The notes: generated by a model from the sequence alone, not told the origin. Counted from the stretch's first letter, positions 11,435 to 21,979 are shown. The stretch: 64,000 nucleotides of DNA from a virus (IMGVR_UViG_3300025066_000012:32001-96000); one strand, 5' to 3'. Made by a program: numbers and translations.

Positions 11435-11441
11435 TTTAAAA

Positions 11442-12206
11442 TTAGATTAGATCTTCTAATATATCACTTATAATCTTATTAGACTTTATCTTCTTGAGCC
11501 GCATACTTGCGGCCCACCCGGTGATGCCAACGTGCCTTGCTGCATCACCAATCGAAAATCCTTCCAAGCAAACCATCTTAAGTATAGTTTGAGTCTTTGG
11601 GTCAACCTGACCTCCAAGCCTCTCTATTGCCATGTTTAAGTGTACTTCATCATATGGAGACTTATTTGATGAAAACATTCCGTCTGTTGATGAGAGTGAT
11701 GATTCAAAATCAAGATACTCTTCTCCGTCAGACTGGCTTCTCTTTGGCATTAAGCTAAAGAGAAGCTCCTCTCTTGAGCCTCTATAGACTGGTCCATATT
11801 TATTTCCACATTCTTTGCAGATGTTCTCCTTCCCCTTTTCCGAAAAGATTCCACCACATGAGCAAATACTTTTTGTCTTCTCTTCTGATAGTCCATATGC
11901 ATCATTCGATAATTTGTTTATACTTTTTAATTTTGATATTAATTTATTTTTTAAATGATTATGCAAAAAGGAACTCAGCTTTACCTTTTTATCTGGATCA
12001 AAAGCATTTATTCCTTCTATGATTATAACGGAAAGCTCTTGCTTAATGTCATCAAATCCATATCCGGACATATAAGTCCGAGAGGCCCACTTGCACAAAA
12101 GAGGATCTATCTTTTTTAGTACTTTGCCGTATCCCTCTTTTGTTTTTGTGTTAACGAAAATCTTCTCATCATACATCTCAACAAACTGCTCATATTCTTT
12201 TGCCAT
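11442..12206 (-). CDS. Sigma-70-family RNA polymerase sigma factor with Zn-ribbon insertion
   Basis: Region 2-like DDIKQEL...EGINAFDPDK.VKLSSFL; CSC...CKEC insert; region 4 HTH EGFSIGDAARHVGIT. Confidence 0.8.
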   Translation of the reverse strand: MAKEYEQFVEMYDEKIFVNTKTKEGYGKVLKKIDPLLCKWASRTYMSGYGFDDIKQELSVIIIEGINAFDPDKKVKLSSFLHNHLKNKLISKLKSINKLSNDAYGLSEEKTKSICSCGGIFSEKGKENICKECGNKYGPVYRGSREELLFSLMPKRSQSDGEEYLDFESSLSSTDGMFSSNKSPYDEVHLNMAIERLGGQVDPKTQTILKMVCLEGFSIGDAARHVGITGWAASMRLKKIKSNKIISDILEDLI

Positions 12207-12215
12207 AGAGGTTCC

Positions 12216-12980
12216 TTACTTGTCCCATGCATCTTGGCATATTGACTGATAGTCACACCATCCGCATAATACTGTTGGCTTTTTAACCCAAGTCTCATCT
12301 GTATTGATTGACTCAGCCCTCTTTATGATTGTATCAACACAGTTATCGAGATCATTATGAGTAAAGGTAAAATCCTTTGTTGTGCAGCCATGCTTAAGTA
12401 GAACATAAGACCCATATACCTTTTTGACATCTTTAAATCTTCTATTTAGAGCCTCCGCATATACCAGAAGCTGGAATTGAGTTAGATACTTTTGATTTTT
12501 GCTTGTCTTATAATCGACAACCTTATAAATTCCTGGGCTTATACGATCAACTCGATCAATAAATCCACGAACCAAGGTGTTCTCATCTATGTTAAAAGCG
12601 TAATCCAATTCGATTCCAATCACATCTGGAGTGCCCTCTTCTTTTAACTTAAAAAGATAATCTTGAATCACCTTTCTGAGGGCAATCATCCCTGGCAGCT
12701 CTCCATTTGGCATCCACGTTGGCTCCTGTAATACGTTTATGTCAAACTCCTTCACACCCTCTATAAAACACTGCTTCATTAGGGCCGAATAGTCTTTCTC
12801 TTCAATTTTCTCCTTGAGAACCTTAAGGTGAAATAACTCTAGAATACGGTGGGCACATGACCCAAATTCTGAAGATCCCCATACCTGCTTCTCAACATCA
12901 GGTTTTTCGATATACCTATAGTGGTATTGTTTTGGACACTTTTTATAAGTGTCCATAGATGATACAGATAACTTTAACAA
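12216..12980 (-). CDS. PD-(D/E)XK nuclease (RecB/AddB/Cas4-like, probable Fe-S staple)
   Basis: LSVSSMDTYKKCP, GFIDRVD, VVDYKT, QL..Y, C-terminal CGWCDYQSIC. Confidence 0.9.
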   Translation of the reverse strand: MLKLSVSSMDTYKKCPKQYHYRYIEKPDVEKQVWGSSEFGSCAHRILELFHLKVLKEKIEEKDYSALMKQCFIEGVKEFDINVLQEPTWMPNGELPGMIALRKVIQDYLFKLKEEGTPDVIGIELDYAFNIDENTLVRGFIDRVDRISPGIYKVVDYKTSKNQKYLTQFQLLVYAEALNRRFKDVKKVYGSYVLLKHGCTTKDFTFTHNDLDNCVDTIIKRAESINTDETWVKKPTVLCGWCDYQSICQDAWDK

Positions 12981-12996
12981 ATTAAACTCCTAAGGA

Positions 12997-13872
12997 TTAA
13001 AAGGCTCCACTGACAGATCTGTCTTGGATCCAGCGATATACAAAGTGGTTTCGACTACTAGCTCCATTTTTAGAAACTGTTCCCTCTGCTCTTTGAACAG
13101 ACCTTATCCATCTAGACTCTAGACTTTCCCAGTAATAAGATACAAAAAGCTGCCTAGCTTCGTCGTAGAAGCTGCGAATATAATTCCCGGTAACAAGGGG
13201 CTCAGACTCGCCCAATCTTTCGTCATAAAATTTGGACGTGGGGCCAAAGGTACTATACGTCCGGTTTACGATCTTGACAACTTGTTCGTCTAGCTTCGCC
13301 TGTGTCGAGCCATCAATGGTTATAAATTTGGCCCTTGGGTCGAATTCAACATTATCGTTTACTGTGGACACAGTAAATCGATCTGATACATCATTAGCCT
13401 TTGGAAAATTTACGAAAGGAACAGAGGTCTTTCCGTCCTCAACCCAAACACCATCAGTGGATACTTTTGACGCCTTAACATCTAGGTCTACAAAGGCTAT
13501 CGCCGTTTCTTGGGCGGCATCACCCGACGAATCAAATGACAGACTCTCCAGAACTATCCCGCTCGGGGGAAGTATGGATATCCCTTCATCACCGATTCTT
13601 CTTGGACCATTATAATCTTCGGAGTCAGTGCTGTATTTTTTAGTGGTCACGACAGAGGTATCTGTTGGGGATATGGCTATAGCCTTCAGGGTTAGTCCGC
13701 GAGAGCTTGTTGGCATATAAACCTTGCCAACTGCGATCAGGGAATTTACACCTGGGGTTTCGCCGTCTAATGTGTAATAGACCGTTGATGGAACATCTGT
13801 AGAGAAAGTAATATAAGATGGAATGCCAGATATAAATTCCACTTCACTCTCGGCTATGGTTAAGCTTATCAT
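12997..13872 (-). CDS. Probable virion protein with chitobiase/Fn3-associated domain
   Basis: VYYTLDGETP...TLKAIA motif. Confidence 0.6.
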   Translation of the reverse strand: MISLTIAESEVEFISGIPSYITFSTDVPSTVYYTLDGETPGVNSLIAVGKVYMPTSSRGLTLKAIAISPTDTSVVTTKKYSTDSEDYNGPRRIGDEGISILPPSGIVLESLSFDSSGDAAQETAIAFVDLDVKASKVSTDGVWVEDGKTSVPFVNFPKANDVSDRFTVSTVNDNVEFDPRAKFITIDGSTQAKLDEQVVKIVNRTYSTFGPTSKFYDERLGESEPLVTGNYIRSFYDEARQLFVSYYWESLESRWIRSVQRAEGTVSKNGASSRNHFVYRWIQDRSVSGAF

Positions 13873-13908
13873 AATTGCCTCCGCATATTGTATGATAAAA
13901 TTAGCATG

Positions 13909-16014
13909 TTACCTTGTGGCGAATTTGATAGTACTATCTCCGCCAACTTTAGTTACGTCAACAACGTTATCAAACTTTTCTTTCAATGATTCATCATGGG
14001 TAATTACCAGAATCTTATACTTATCCTCTAGCGCTTTTATCACATTTACGAAAAGAGTCTCAACTCCATAGCGATCTAGCGGAGAGTTTACTTCATCCAA
14101 CAAGAGAAACTCTAGCGAGGAGCCTCCGTATCGACTGGACATATCGCTTAACCCAATCCTGAGAGCCAAGGAAATTCTAAATTTCTCACCACCACTTAGT
14201 GACTTAAAGTTTTGTAGATATCCATCCTTTTGGACCTTAAGATCTAACGTTTCTATTGTCGAAACTCCATCCGATCCTAATCGCTGTGTTTCGAGCACGA
14301 TAGCTACTGGCTCATTACATATTGAGGCCAGAATTACATTTGATGTCTTTTCCAAGTCTTCTATGATTGTATCTAGCAGAACTGCTTGAATTCCGCTCTT
14401 TCCGAACATTCGTCCAAGCTTTTCAAAGACGGCTATTTTCTTCAGTTTCGCGGAAATATTCTTTTTGTCTTCTGATATCTTCTCAAAAGACTTTGCCAGA
14501 TTACTTTCTCTTTCGAGAAGCCGCCCGATATTTATATCCTCTTTGGTTATCTTTTCTGTAAGATCTTCTTTTTCTGCCTTCAGTGCCTTGATATGCTTTC
14601 GGAGCGTTTGAAAATCCTCATTCTTTATAGACTCAAGAAGGGTCTTGTTAGTCTTCAATCGACCTAAGGCTTTATCCCTAAGGCTCACTAGGTCGGCCAA
14701 TTCAACATTATGCTTAACAATGTTATCGTTCACTATTGTTAACTTATAATTCTCAGACTCAAGCCGATCCGTTGCCTTCGTGATCTCCTTGTTGTCTGCT
14801 TGGGTCTTCAGAAGACGATTCAGTTCTTTGTCTATTTTTACGATTTCTTCGGCAGCAATACCTCGTTTCTTTAAATATTCATCCTTCTTAGAGGTAATAT
14901 CGGACTTTAGCGAATCATAAAGCTCCTGTCCAATTTCCTGCCGGCAAACGTAACAATGATCGTGAGATATATTAATATCATTAAGATTTTTAATCAGCTC
15001 ATCTGATGAACTTTTTTCAACCTTATTAGACGATAGCTCAGCTTTTAAATCGCTAAGCTTATCTTCGCTAACTTCTACTATATTCTTACCACTTAAATAA
15101 TTATTTAGCTTTTCAACTGTGCCCGAAAGCGGAACCTTCTCCAGCTCCAAGCCCTTAATCTTTTCGATATATGCCTTAATCTGTTTGGAAAGGCCAGCCT
15201 CTTTAGCCTTTAGTGTGGCTATCTCCTCTGTAGCTTTATCATAAGTATCCGTATCAAGGGATCGCTTTAAAGCTAAATACTTCTCCTCTAAAGAGGAAAC
15301 ATCGCTAATGCATGAGCCCTTTCGCTTGGTTAATGCTTCTGATTTTAATTTGGATTCAGCAATTTCAAGCCTAACACCCTCAAGGCCCTTGTGGGTTTCG
15401 TCATACTCTTCAACTGATTTCTTAAGAACCTTGCACTCAAGAGTAATTTCCTTGGCCTTTTTTCTGGCCTCCTTTTCGTATTTATCCCACCTTGATATAT
15501 CAACTATTGATTTTAAAATCTCTTTCTTCTTCGAAGCTTCCACTTCTGCAAACTCAGAAATATCATTTTGTCGGAAGTAGATAGAGTTTACAAAAGTCTT
15601 ATGATCAAGCTTAATGATTTCTTCGATCTTCTTGTTCGTGCTACCAGATGTAGAACAGGAAATATCTATCCAGTCCCCGGCTTTATCTAAATAGCTCAAC
15701 TCAACAACAGAGCTTGATGTAATCCGATTTCTAGTTCTGTTTACTCGATATACTTTATCCTCATGTTTGAATTCGATAACTACAGCACAGGAGGCTTCGC
15801 CCCACCGAATTATATCGTCCATCATCATGGATCTAGATTTATTAAACAAGCCCCACAGAATAGCTTCAAAGACCACAGACTTTCCTGATCCATTACTCTT
15901 CGTGTAATCTCCTTCTGTGTTTCCAATCAGGAGGGCTGAGTCAAATTTTGAAAAATCAATCTCGCTCTCCTTGTGGGAGAAAAAGTTTTTTATTTTTAAA
16001 TTAATTGGAATCAT
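13909..16014 (-). CDS. sbcC: SbcC/Rad50 (gp46-like) SMC ATPase
   Basis: Walker A NGSGKS, coiled coils, Zn hook CYVC, signature LSGGE, Walker B LLLDE, ITH. Confidence 0.93.
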   Translation of the reverse strand: MIPINLKIKNFFSHKESEIDFSKFDSALLIGNTEGDYTKSNGSGKSVVFEAILWGLFNKSRSMMMDDIIRWGEASCAVVIEFKHEDKVYRVNRTRNRITSSSVVELSYLDKAGDWIDISCSTSGSTNKKIEEIIKLDHKTFVNSIYFRQNDISEFAEVEASKKKEILKSIVDISRWDKYEKEARKKAKEITLECKVLKKSVEEYDETHKGLEGVRLEIAESKLKSEALTKRKGSCISDVSSLEEKYLALKRSLDTDTYDKATEEIATLKAKEAGLSKQIKAYIEKIKGLELEKVPLSGTVEKLNNYLSGKNIVEVSEDKLSDLKAELSSNKVEKSSSDELIKNLNDINISHDHCYVCRQEIGQELYDSLKSDITSKKDEYLKKRGIAAEEIVKIDKELNRLLKTQADNKEITKATDRLESENYKLTIVNDNIVKHNVELADLVSLRDKALGRLKTNKTLLESIKNEDFQTLRKHIKALKAEKEDLTEKITKEDINIGRLLERESNLAKSFEKISEDKKNISAKLKKIAVFEKLGRMFGKSGIQAVLLDTIIEDLEKTSNVILASICNEPVAIVLETQRLGSDGVSTIETLDLKVQKDGYLQNFKSLSGGEKFRISLALRIGLSDMSSRYGGSSLEFLLLDEVNSPLDRYGVETLFVNVIKALEDKYKILVITHDESLKEKFDNVVDVTKVGGDSTIKFATR

Positions 16015-17180
16015 ATGCCTCCCATAATTGTTTTGGCTTCTTTCAACAAAATCTTTTTATATTCTTTGTCAATATCTTGTGATCCAGAAAACGCCTTAAA
16101 CATAGAGTAATCATCTTTATATTTGGTAATTTCGATATCTCGAATGATTCGTTTCGCAGCTACTTCGACAATAACCTTTGAGACAAAGAACGCTCCATTA
16201 TCATAAAGCTTTGTCTGTATGCTCTTCTTATCTACAGCCGGCAACACTTGCTCGTCTATGGCGACTCGAAACCTTACCACTTTCCCATTAATATCGAAAG
16301 CTCCAATCGCATCATCTAAGTTCTTTATAATCTGTGAAAAATCAGATCCAGTTAAATCATGAGACATATCCAGCAATCCTCTTACTGGTATTTTTCGGAA
16401 CTTGGCACGCTTCCTGCTTATATCATAATCTACAAAGTACTTATCAACATTGGCATCCCCAAAGTTTGACTTTTCCATTGAGCCAGTATATATGCAAACT
16501 GGAGAGCTTGTTCTTACGATTCGATGTTGATGAACATGGCCCATCATAGCTACATCACACCCCGTGAAGGCTAGCGGGTCAGCCATAACCTCTGCGCCGC
16601 CGTAGGCGTTGTAGCTTCCTTCGTAAAAGAAATTGTGCCCAACTGCAACTATCGGGATATTTGGCTCGCAAGTTTTAACTAAAGACTGAACCTCAAGGTC
16701 ATACTCCTTAGATTGTTCTAGGGTATTTTTGCCCTTGTACATGCGCTTATCTCGATAAGGAAGCAGAAGTAGATTTACTTTTTCATCATCTTTGTTTGAC
16801 ACCTGTATAACATCTTGATTTAAAATCATTCTAACATTAGGATATTCACAAGCCCCCAAAGATGAAATTGAGCTGATAAAGTTTTCTCCACTTCGTTTAT
16901 AATCATGGTTGCCCATCAAAATAAATGACGCAATATTTGCATTTGATAGCCGCTTAAGCGCTCGATCTATAATTCCCATATGCTCAGGCTCGGGATCTCG
17001 AAACTCAAAAACATCACCAGTTTGAATGAAAATGTCAGCCTTTGTGTCGATTACGTAATCAATTACGTAATTTAAACTCGCTTCGTAATCATCAACCCTT
17101 GTGTTGCCGCCAGTTCCGTTTGGCCTCCCTAGCCCAAACACAGCGCCCATATGAACATCTCCACACACTATTACTCTCAT
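16011..17180 (-). CDS. sbcD: SbcD/Mre11 (gp47-like) nuclease
   Basis: GDVHMG, TGDVF, GNHD, GHVH, YTGS metallophosphoesterase motifs; overlaps sbcC start. Confidence 0.93.
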   Translation of the reverse strand: MRVIVCGDVHMGAVFGLGRPNGTGGNTRVDDYEASLNYVIDYVIDTKADIFIQTGDVFEFRDPEPEHMGIIDRALKRLSNANIASFILMGNHDYKRSGENFISSISSLGACEYPNVRMILNQDVIQVSNKDDEKVNLLLLPYRDKRMYKGKNTLEQSKEYDLEVQSLVKTCEPNIPIVAVGHNFFYEGSYNAYGGAEVMADPLAFTGCDVAMMGHVHQHRIVRTSSPVCIYTGSMEKSNFGDANVDKYFVDYDISRKRAKFRKIPVRGLLDMSHDLTGSDFSQIIKNLDDAIGAFDINGKVVRFRVAIDEQVLPAVDKKSIQTKLYDNGAFFVSKVIVEVAAKRIIRDIEITKYKDDYSMFKAFSGSQDIDKEYKKILLKEAKTIMGGI

Positions 17181-17716
17181 ACGCCTGGATACCTCCGCTT
17201 TAAAATCTGCTTTAATTTTTTCTGTACCTCTCTAGCGCCAATAACATCTTTACGATCTAGTAGGGTCAACTTTAAATCCATTTTTTTAATCAAAAGACCA
17301 ATCCACTCTAGATCATCTTGATGATTTGTCTGCGCTTTTCTAATTTCAGTAGAGATTTCCAGCAAGACCGAGAAATTGTTTTGCTTATTTTCTGCGGCGC
17401 AAACCTTAACTTTGGATGGATCAACTACCTTTGACAGGTCTTCCAAGGCCTCCGAAAAGCTTTTCTCTGTGCAAAGCATGTAAAAATCTATAACGTTATT
17501 TGAGGCCCCACATCCAAAACAATAAAAATTATTATTGATATTATCAATATATAGCGAACCAGTTCTCTCCAATCCAGACTTATGATCTACGGCAGGACAC
17601 TTACACTTATGCGTAAAGTTGCCGCTGTTAGTCTCGATCATAGAGACTCCCTGACTACTTGCTATATCAGAAATCCTCAGAGAAGATAATATCTCTTTTT
17701 TAGAAAAACGTCTCAA
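17177..17716 (-). CDS. Stand-alone DnaG-type CHC2 zinc-binding domain protein
   Basis: CPAVDH...FYCFGCG..NNVIDF...SFSEALEDL; no TOPRIM domain in 179 aa. Confidence 0.85.
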   Translation of the reverse strand: MRRFSKKEILSSLRISDIASSQGVSMIETNSGNFTHKCKCPAVDHKSGLERTGSLYIDNINNNFYCFGCGASNNVIDFYMLCTEKSFSEALEDLSKVVDPSKVKVCAAENKQNNFSVLLEISTEIRKAQTNHQDDLEWIGLLIKKMDLKLTLLDRKDVIGAREVQKKLKQILKRRYPGV

Positions 17717-18804
17717 AACAAAATCCTCTCCCAGAGTGGGCGTATCTTCCTTTTAACACCCAAGTTATCTAGCTCTGTATCAATGTCAATAATATTTGGG
17801 GCCCTAAATAATTTAGGCTCTGATAATGTTCCGTCCAAATATAGCCCAGTTCCAATATCAGATATCTTTTCTGCTCCACCGGTGTCCAATATAATCCTGC
17901 TATCTACTGCAGATGCAACTTTTAGAGCAATTCTTGCTGGAAAGTTTGCCTTCATTAAGCCGGATATAACGGTTGCTGACGGCCTCTGGGTCGCCAGAAT
18001 TATAGATATACCTGCGGCACGGCCCTTCTGAGCCAACAAACATAGCTTCTTTTGTATCAACTTATCTTGCAAGGTTAGATCTGCCCACTCATCAATAACT
18101 AAGACAATTGGCTCCATAAATGTTTTTCGCTTTGCTTTCGCGTTATATTCCTTTGCACTTCTTGTTTTTGATCGCTGCAAGAAAACAAAACGCTCTTCCA
18201 TTATTTTGGTGATATCTTCTATTATATCTGTAGCCTCTTCTGCTGAATGCACAATTCTCCTTACAGAGGAGACTCCCTTGTAGCAAGAGAACTCGACCAT
18301 CTTTGGATCTATAAGGTAGATGATTGAGTCGCCACCAATTAGTGACAATATAAAGTTATGCAATAGCACGCTCTTCCCTGAGCCAGTAGTTCCCCCTATT
18401 AGAATGTTTGGCATCTTATTAAGATCTAAACTTATAGTGTTTCCGTGTGCGTCAACGCCGAGGGCCACAGGAACATAGTGCTCCCTATTTAAGGTCTGAT
18501 ACGTTTCTGCAAAGGATGGCGATGGAATCTGCCGAGTCTGTATATGAAGTCTATACACTCCGCTGTTCATTGCCGTAAAGCCAGTCGGATAAGAGTAAGC
18601 TCTGAGGGCAGTGCCCAAGTCCCTTAGAGAGCGATCTATCTTTAGAGAGCTCTCTCCCTGCTTTAATGATATATCATATATATCGATATATTCTTTTTCC
18701 TCTAAAAAAACGGAGTCAACCTTTATTTTAAACGCAGTAAGCAGGCTCTTTAAATTATCTTCTTTTGTTTTCTCGAAAATTTGGACCCGGTTCTCTTCCG
18801 ACAT
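17713..18804 (-). CDS. FtsK/SpoIIIE-family ATPase (motor domain only)
   Basis: GTTGSGKS, LIDPKMVEF, VIDEWADL, GRAAGI..ILATQRPS, DSRIILD.GGAEK. Confidence 0.92.
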   Translation of the reverse strand: MSEENRVQIFEKTKEDNLKSLLTAFKIKVDSVFLEEKEYIDIYDISLKQGESSLKIDRSLRDLGTALRAYSYPTGFTAMNSGVYRLHIQTRQIPSPSFAETYQTLNREHYVPVALGVDAHGNTISLDLNKMPNILIGGTTGSGKSVLLHNFILSLIGGDSIIYLIDPKMVEFSCYKGVSSVRRIVHSAEEATDIIEDITKIMEERFVFLQRSKTRSAKEYNAKAKRKTFMEPIVLVIDEWADLTLQDKLIQKKLCLLAQKGRAAGISIILATQRPSATVISGLMKANFPARIALKVASAVDSRIILDTGGAEKISDIGTGLYLDGTLSEPKLFRAPNIIDIDTELDNLGVKRKIRPLWERILF

Positions 18805-18991
18805 TAATACTCTTAACCTCCTCTAGAATGTCCTGCAGCGCCGCACGATATCCTATACGTGCAATATAGGCACCGTCCTTTGTGGGGTCCAGAGAAAATT
18901 TGCTAGCCTCATCTTTCAGGAGTCTAATAATTTCATTATTCTTTGATATCTTTTCAAGAATTAATGAGATTAATTTTTCCTTAGCTATCAT
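18755..18991 (-). CDS. Hypothetical protein
   Basis: ORF coupled to neighbours. Confidence 0.6.
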   Translation of the reverse strand: MIAKEKLISLILEKISKNNEIIRLLKDEASKFSLDPTKDGAYIARIGYRAALQDILEEVKSINVGREPGPNFRENKRR

Positions 18992-19341
18992 TTCGCTCCC
19001 TGATTTTTCTTTACCCTATCAATTTCCCTCTTAAGCTCTCTTATCTCTAAGGCTAACTTAATATTATCATCTCTTAATTTTAGTGACGATCTTAGCGATA
19101 GAACTATAAGGCCAAAGATTCCCTCTCCTGGGTTTGCCTCATCTAGTGAATCTGCTGCCACCAATAACCTATTCAAGGTAGATACAACATTTTTATGATA
19201 TCCAGGTGTTTGATTATCAGGATGTGTCTTATCTGAAAGAAGCTTTTTGTAATCATTGAAGGCTGCCTCTGTATCGTTTCGTGCCTTCTCTTTTTTTGAA
19301 TCTAAATATCGATTATTTGTAGGAACCCTTACATCAGACAT
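18988..19341 (-). CDS. Hypothetical coiled-coil protein
   Basis: ORF with GGAGG SD. Confidence 0.7.
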   Translation of the reverse strand: MSDVRVPTNNRYLDSKKEKARNDTEAAFNDYKKLLSDKTHPDNQTPGYHKNVVSTLNRLLVAADSLDEANPGEGIFGLIVLSLRSSLKLRDDNIKLALEIRELKREIDRVKKNQGAK

Positions 19342-19663
19342 TGAAGCCCTCCTTTGATATCAGCATTATATATATGCCACATCTTTTGTGCATTCTTAGA
19401 AAAGCCTGTATTTCATGCAGTCCTTCTTCGCTTATAATACCGAATTGTCTGTATAAAAAATTTATTATATTAACACACTTGTTATGATCATTGCACGGAG
19501 CATCAAACAGATTACATGCATGCCCCAAAAAGTGGGAAGCCTTTTCTCTGGTTTCTTTTTTAACTTTTGATAGATCTACGATTGGGTTAACTATAGAATT
19601 GCAGCAAATAAATCCAGACTCTTCGACATGGCCGTTACAGCCAAATAAGATCAAAACATCCAT
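19334..19663 (-). CDS. Cys/His-rich hypothetical protein
   Basis: ORF with multiple Cys and His. Confidence 0.7.
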   Translation of the reverse strand: MDVLILFGCNGHVEESGFICCNSIVNPIVDLSKVKKETREKASHFLGHACNLFDAPCNDHNKCVNIINFLYRQFGIISEEGLHEIQAFLRMHKRCGIYIMLISKEGFNV

Positions 19664-19750
19664 TAATTTCCTATAGCCTTACGACTTATGCGGCAGAATC
19701 AAAACAATATAGCTAGGATTAATTGGCCGTTATGTCCAAACCCACAATGA

Positions 19751-21373
19751 TTACCAAGTCCATTCAATCTGACAGTATATAAGGTGTACGTCATCTTCAT
19801 ATTCATCTTCTTCGTGCTCGCCAATCCTTCCAATGCGAATATGAATATATCCAGTGTTACTAGTTGCTAGCGCAACACTAGCGTGAGTAGCTATTCCGAC
19901 CTTAAGATTCCCTACTATTAGCGTTTGGACGTTGTCTGCAGCCCAAGTAAACGAAAAGGGATCGCCCTGAACTTGAACATCAATTCCGCCGCTATCGCTA
20001 TAAGACATTCCTGTAGCTATTTCCCCGTCGGGCTGGGAGCCCTCCCCTACCCACGCCGTAGTTACTACAAAGCTAGCCGGATTAGCTCCGGATGCATTTT
20101 TCGGAACAGCAACAGGGAAAGACGCATAATAGGAACCGGAAGCAGGATAATTTTTCGAAAGGGCACAAACATCGCCAGCTGCAGTTCCAGTGCCTGAGTA
20201 TATTTTGTCATCTGACGGATTAGCCCCGTGAGAACATAAATTGTGTGGCATAACCTGTGTCGCCGTTGTTGTCGGAACTCCAGATGGAGCACCTGCCGCT
20301 ATCTTCACCGTGTCGGTCCCGGCAGTCGCTGTTAAAGTAATTCCTGCACCAGCAGTTAAGTTGAGGGTATCTGTTGCACTATCCGCCTCAACGGGGCCTC
20401 CAGCGGCGGTTCCTCCGTCAGCGGCAACAGTTACTGTGGAAAATAAATTTTGTTCAGCGGGAGCCTGCGAAACAAACTCGCTTACTCCGTCATAAACCAG
20501 AACGTCACCAGAGCTCGGAGCAAGCGGGCTCGCAACTGTAACACCCTGAATCTTTCGAGCATCCCACCAAGCAGCGTCATTAAGCGCTGTAATCCCTGCG
20601 GCGGTCTTGGCCAAAACTATATCGCCAGATACATCAATTTCAAGAGAGAACTCAGATCCAGTTAATTCAATTCCTTGTCCATCAGCAGTATAAGCACCAA
20701 TTGCAGCATCTGTATAGAAGTCTCCGTTAGCATCTATACCGAGCGGAGTTCCTCCAGATCCAGATGGAATTCCGGTAATTCTGATTGGCGGATTAACTGC
20801 GTCTACAATGTGCAAAGCCCTAACTGGAGTTACTGTTCCTATGCCTACTCGGCTAGTATCATAGTCGTAAACAAATCCGTTGTCGCCGCCGAACGCACCA
20901 GCATCATTAAACTGAACGTTCTTATCTGATCCACCAGCAGAGGAAGATAGGTCTAAGTAGTATTTCTTTTCACCGCTAACCGGGTTTTCTATGTATTCCG
21001 GTATGGCGAGATTAACCAATGGATCTCCAGATAGAAGCGCAGCAGCCCTTCTTGACGCCGGGGATCCATATACAAGATCAGAATAGCTTTGGATATTGAC
21101 ATGCTGAACTGCCGGAATTGTCCCGTTGTATCCTCCGAGGTTTGCGTGAGCCAACTGGCCTCGCACATGGCCTCCATCTGTTAAAAGGACTTTAGAGGAG
21201 CGTCCGTTCGCGTGCGTGCCATCGTGTACGTGTCCAGCGACAAGTGGGTGAAACGCATCAACGACTGTATTATATCCGTATTCTCCGCCGTACAAACGGT
21301 TCATTACATCCGCCGTGACAATTGTCACGGCGGATGTATATCTAGTTAATTGAGTGTCGGTATCGTTGGCCAT
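19751..21373 (-). CDS. Probable tail fibre / virion structural protein
   Basis: Gly/Ala/Thr-rich; GHVHDG, VQFNDAGAFGGD..FVYD....VGIGT..P...LHI fibre-type motifs. Confidence 0.75.
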   Translation of the reverse strand: MANDTDTQLTRYTSAVTIVTADVMNRLYGGEYGYNTVVDAFHPLVAGHVHDGTHANGRSSKVLLTDGGHVRGQLAHANLGGYNGTIPAVQHVNIQSYSDLVYGSPASRRAAALLSGDPLVNLAIPEYIENPVSGEKKYYLDLSSSAGGSDKNVQFNDAGAFGGDNGFVYDYDTSRVGIGTVTPVRALHIVDAVNPPIRITGIPSGSGGTPLGIDANGDFYTDAAIGAYTADGQGIELTGSEFSLEIDVSGDIVLAKTAAGITALNDAAWWDARKIQGVTVASPLAPSSGDVLVYDGVSEFVSQAPAEQNLFSTVTVAADGGTAAGGPVEADSATDTLNLTAGAGITLTATAGTDTVKIAAGAPSGVPTTTATQVMPHNLCSHGANPSDDKIYSGTGTAAGDVCALSKNYPASGSYYASFPVAVPKNASGANPASFVVTTAWVGEGSQPDGEIATGMSYSDSGGIDVQVQGDPFSFTWAADNVQTLIVGNLKVGIATHASVALATSNTGYIHIRIGRIGEHEEDEYEDDVHLIYCQIEWTW

Positions 21374-21404
21374 TTAAGATAGGCTCCCATAAATATTCGC
21401 CATT

Positions 21405-21689
21405 TTATTTGATATTCTTAAAATGCTTTTTAATTTTATCACTAACCTTAAACTTCACTGATTGATAAGTGTCCAACACCATTTCTTCTTGAGTTTTTGG
21501 GTTTCTAACTGGCCGCGCGGCGTGAGTATATAGGTAGTACTTTCCGAATCCAACAACTGATACTTCTCCGTCTTCCTCTAGGCCCTCTAAGATCGAGGCG
21601 ATTGTTGCATCCAACACTTGGTATGCCTCCTTCTGAGAGAGTAGAGTCTTCGAAGCAATTCTTTTTGCCAATTCTTTCTTGTTTATCAT
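21405..21689 (-). CDS. hup: HU/IHF-family DNA-binding protein
   Basis: NKKELAKRIA, VGFGKY, RPVRNPKT, VKFKVS. Confidence 0.93.
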   Translation of the reverse strand: MINKKELAKRIASKTLLSQKEAYQVLDATIASILEGLEEDGEVSVVGFGKYYLYTHAARPVRNPKTQEEMVLDTYQSVKFKVSDKIKKHFKNIK

Positions 21690-21761
21690 AAGTTCAACTT
21701 GTCCTCACGCACGCATGAACACGTGTGTTATATCTATAAGGCTATAATTATTAATAGTAAA

Positions 21762-21965
21762 TCAAAGTATATCGTTATCAAATTTCCCATAAAATTTTCT
21801 GGACTTATCTAGGTCTGCGTCCAATTCTTTTGGCTTCTGTGCATAATAATTATAAACATCAATTAAATCATTTTCATCCATGCTCTTGGTATCAATACCA
21901 TAATTTTGATATATTTCATTTACCTTCTCTTCAAATTTCGTCAACCCTCCGTCTCTATATAACAT
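21762..21965 (-). CDS. Hypothetical protein
   Basis: 67-aa ORF in operon context. Confidence 0.6.
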   Translation of the reverse strand: MLYRDGGLTKFEEKVNEIYQNYGIDTKSMDENDLIDVYNYYAQKPKELDADLDKSRKFYGKFDNDIL

Positions 21966-21979
21966 AATTCAAAAGTCCA

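Noticed and set aside
12216-12980. Cas4 as part of a CRISPR-Cas locus
   Set aside because: No cas1/cas2, effector or array in the window. Solo PD-(D/E)XK nucleases are common in phages.
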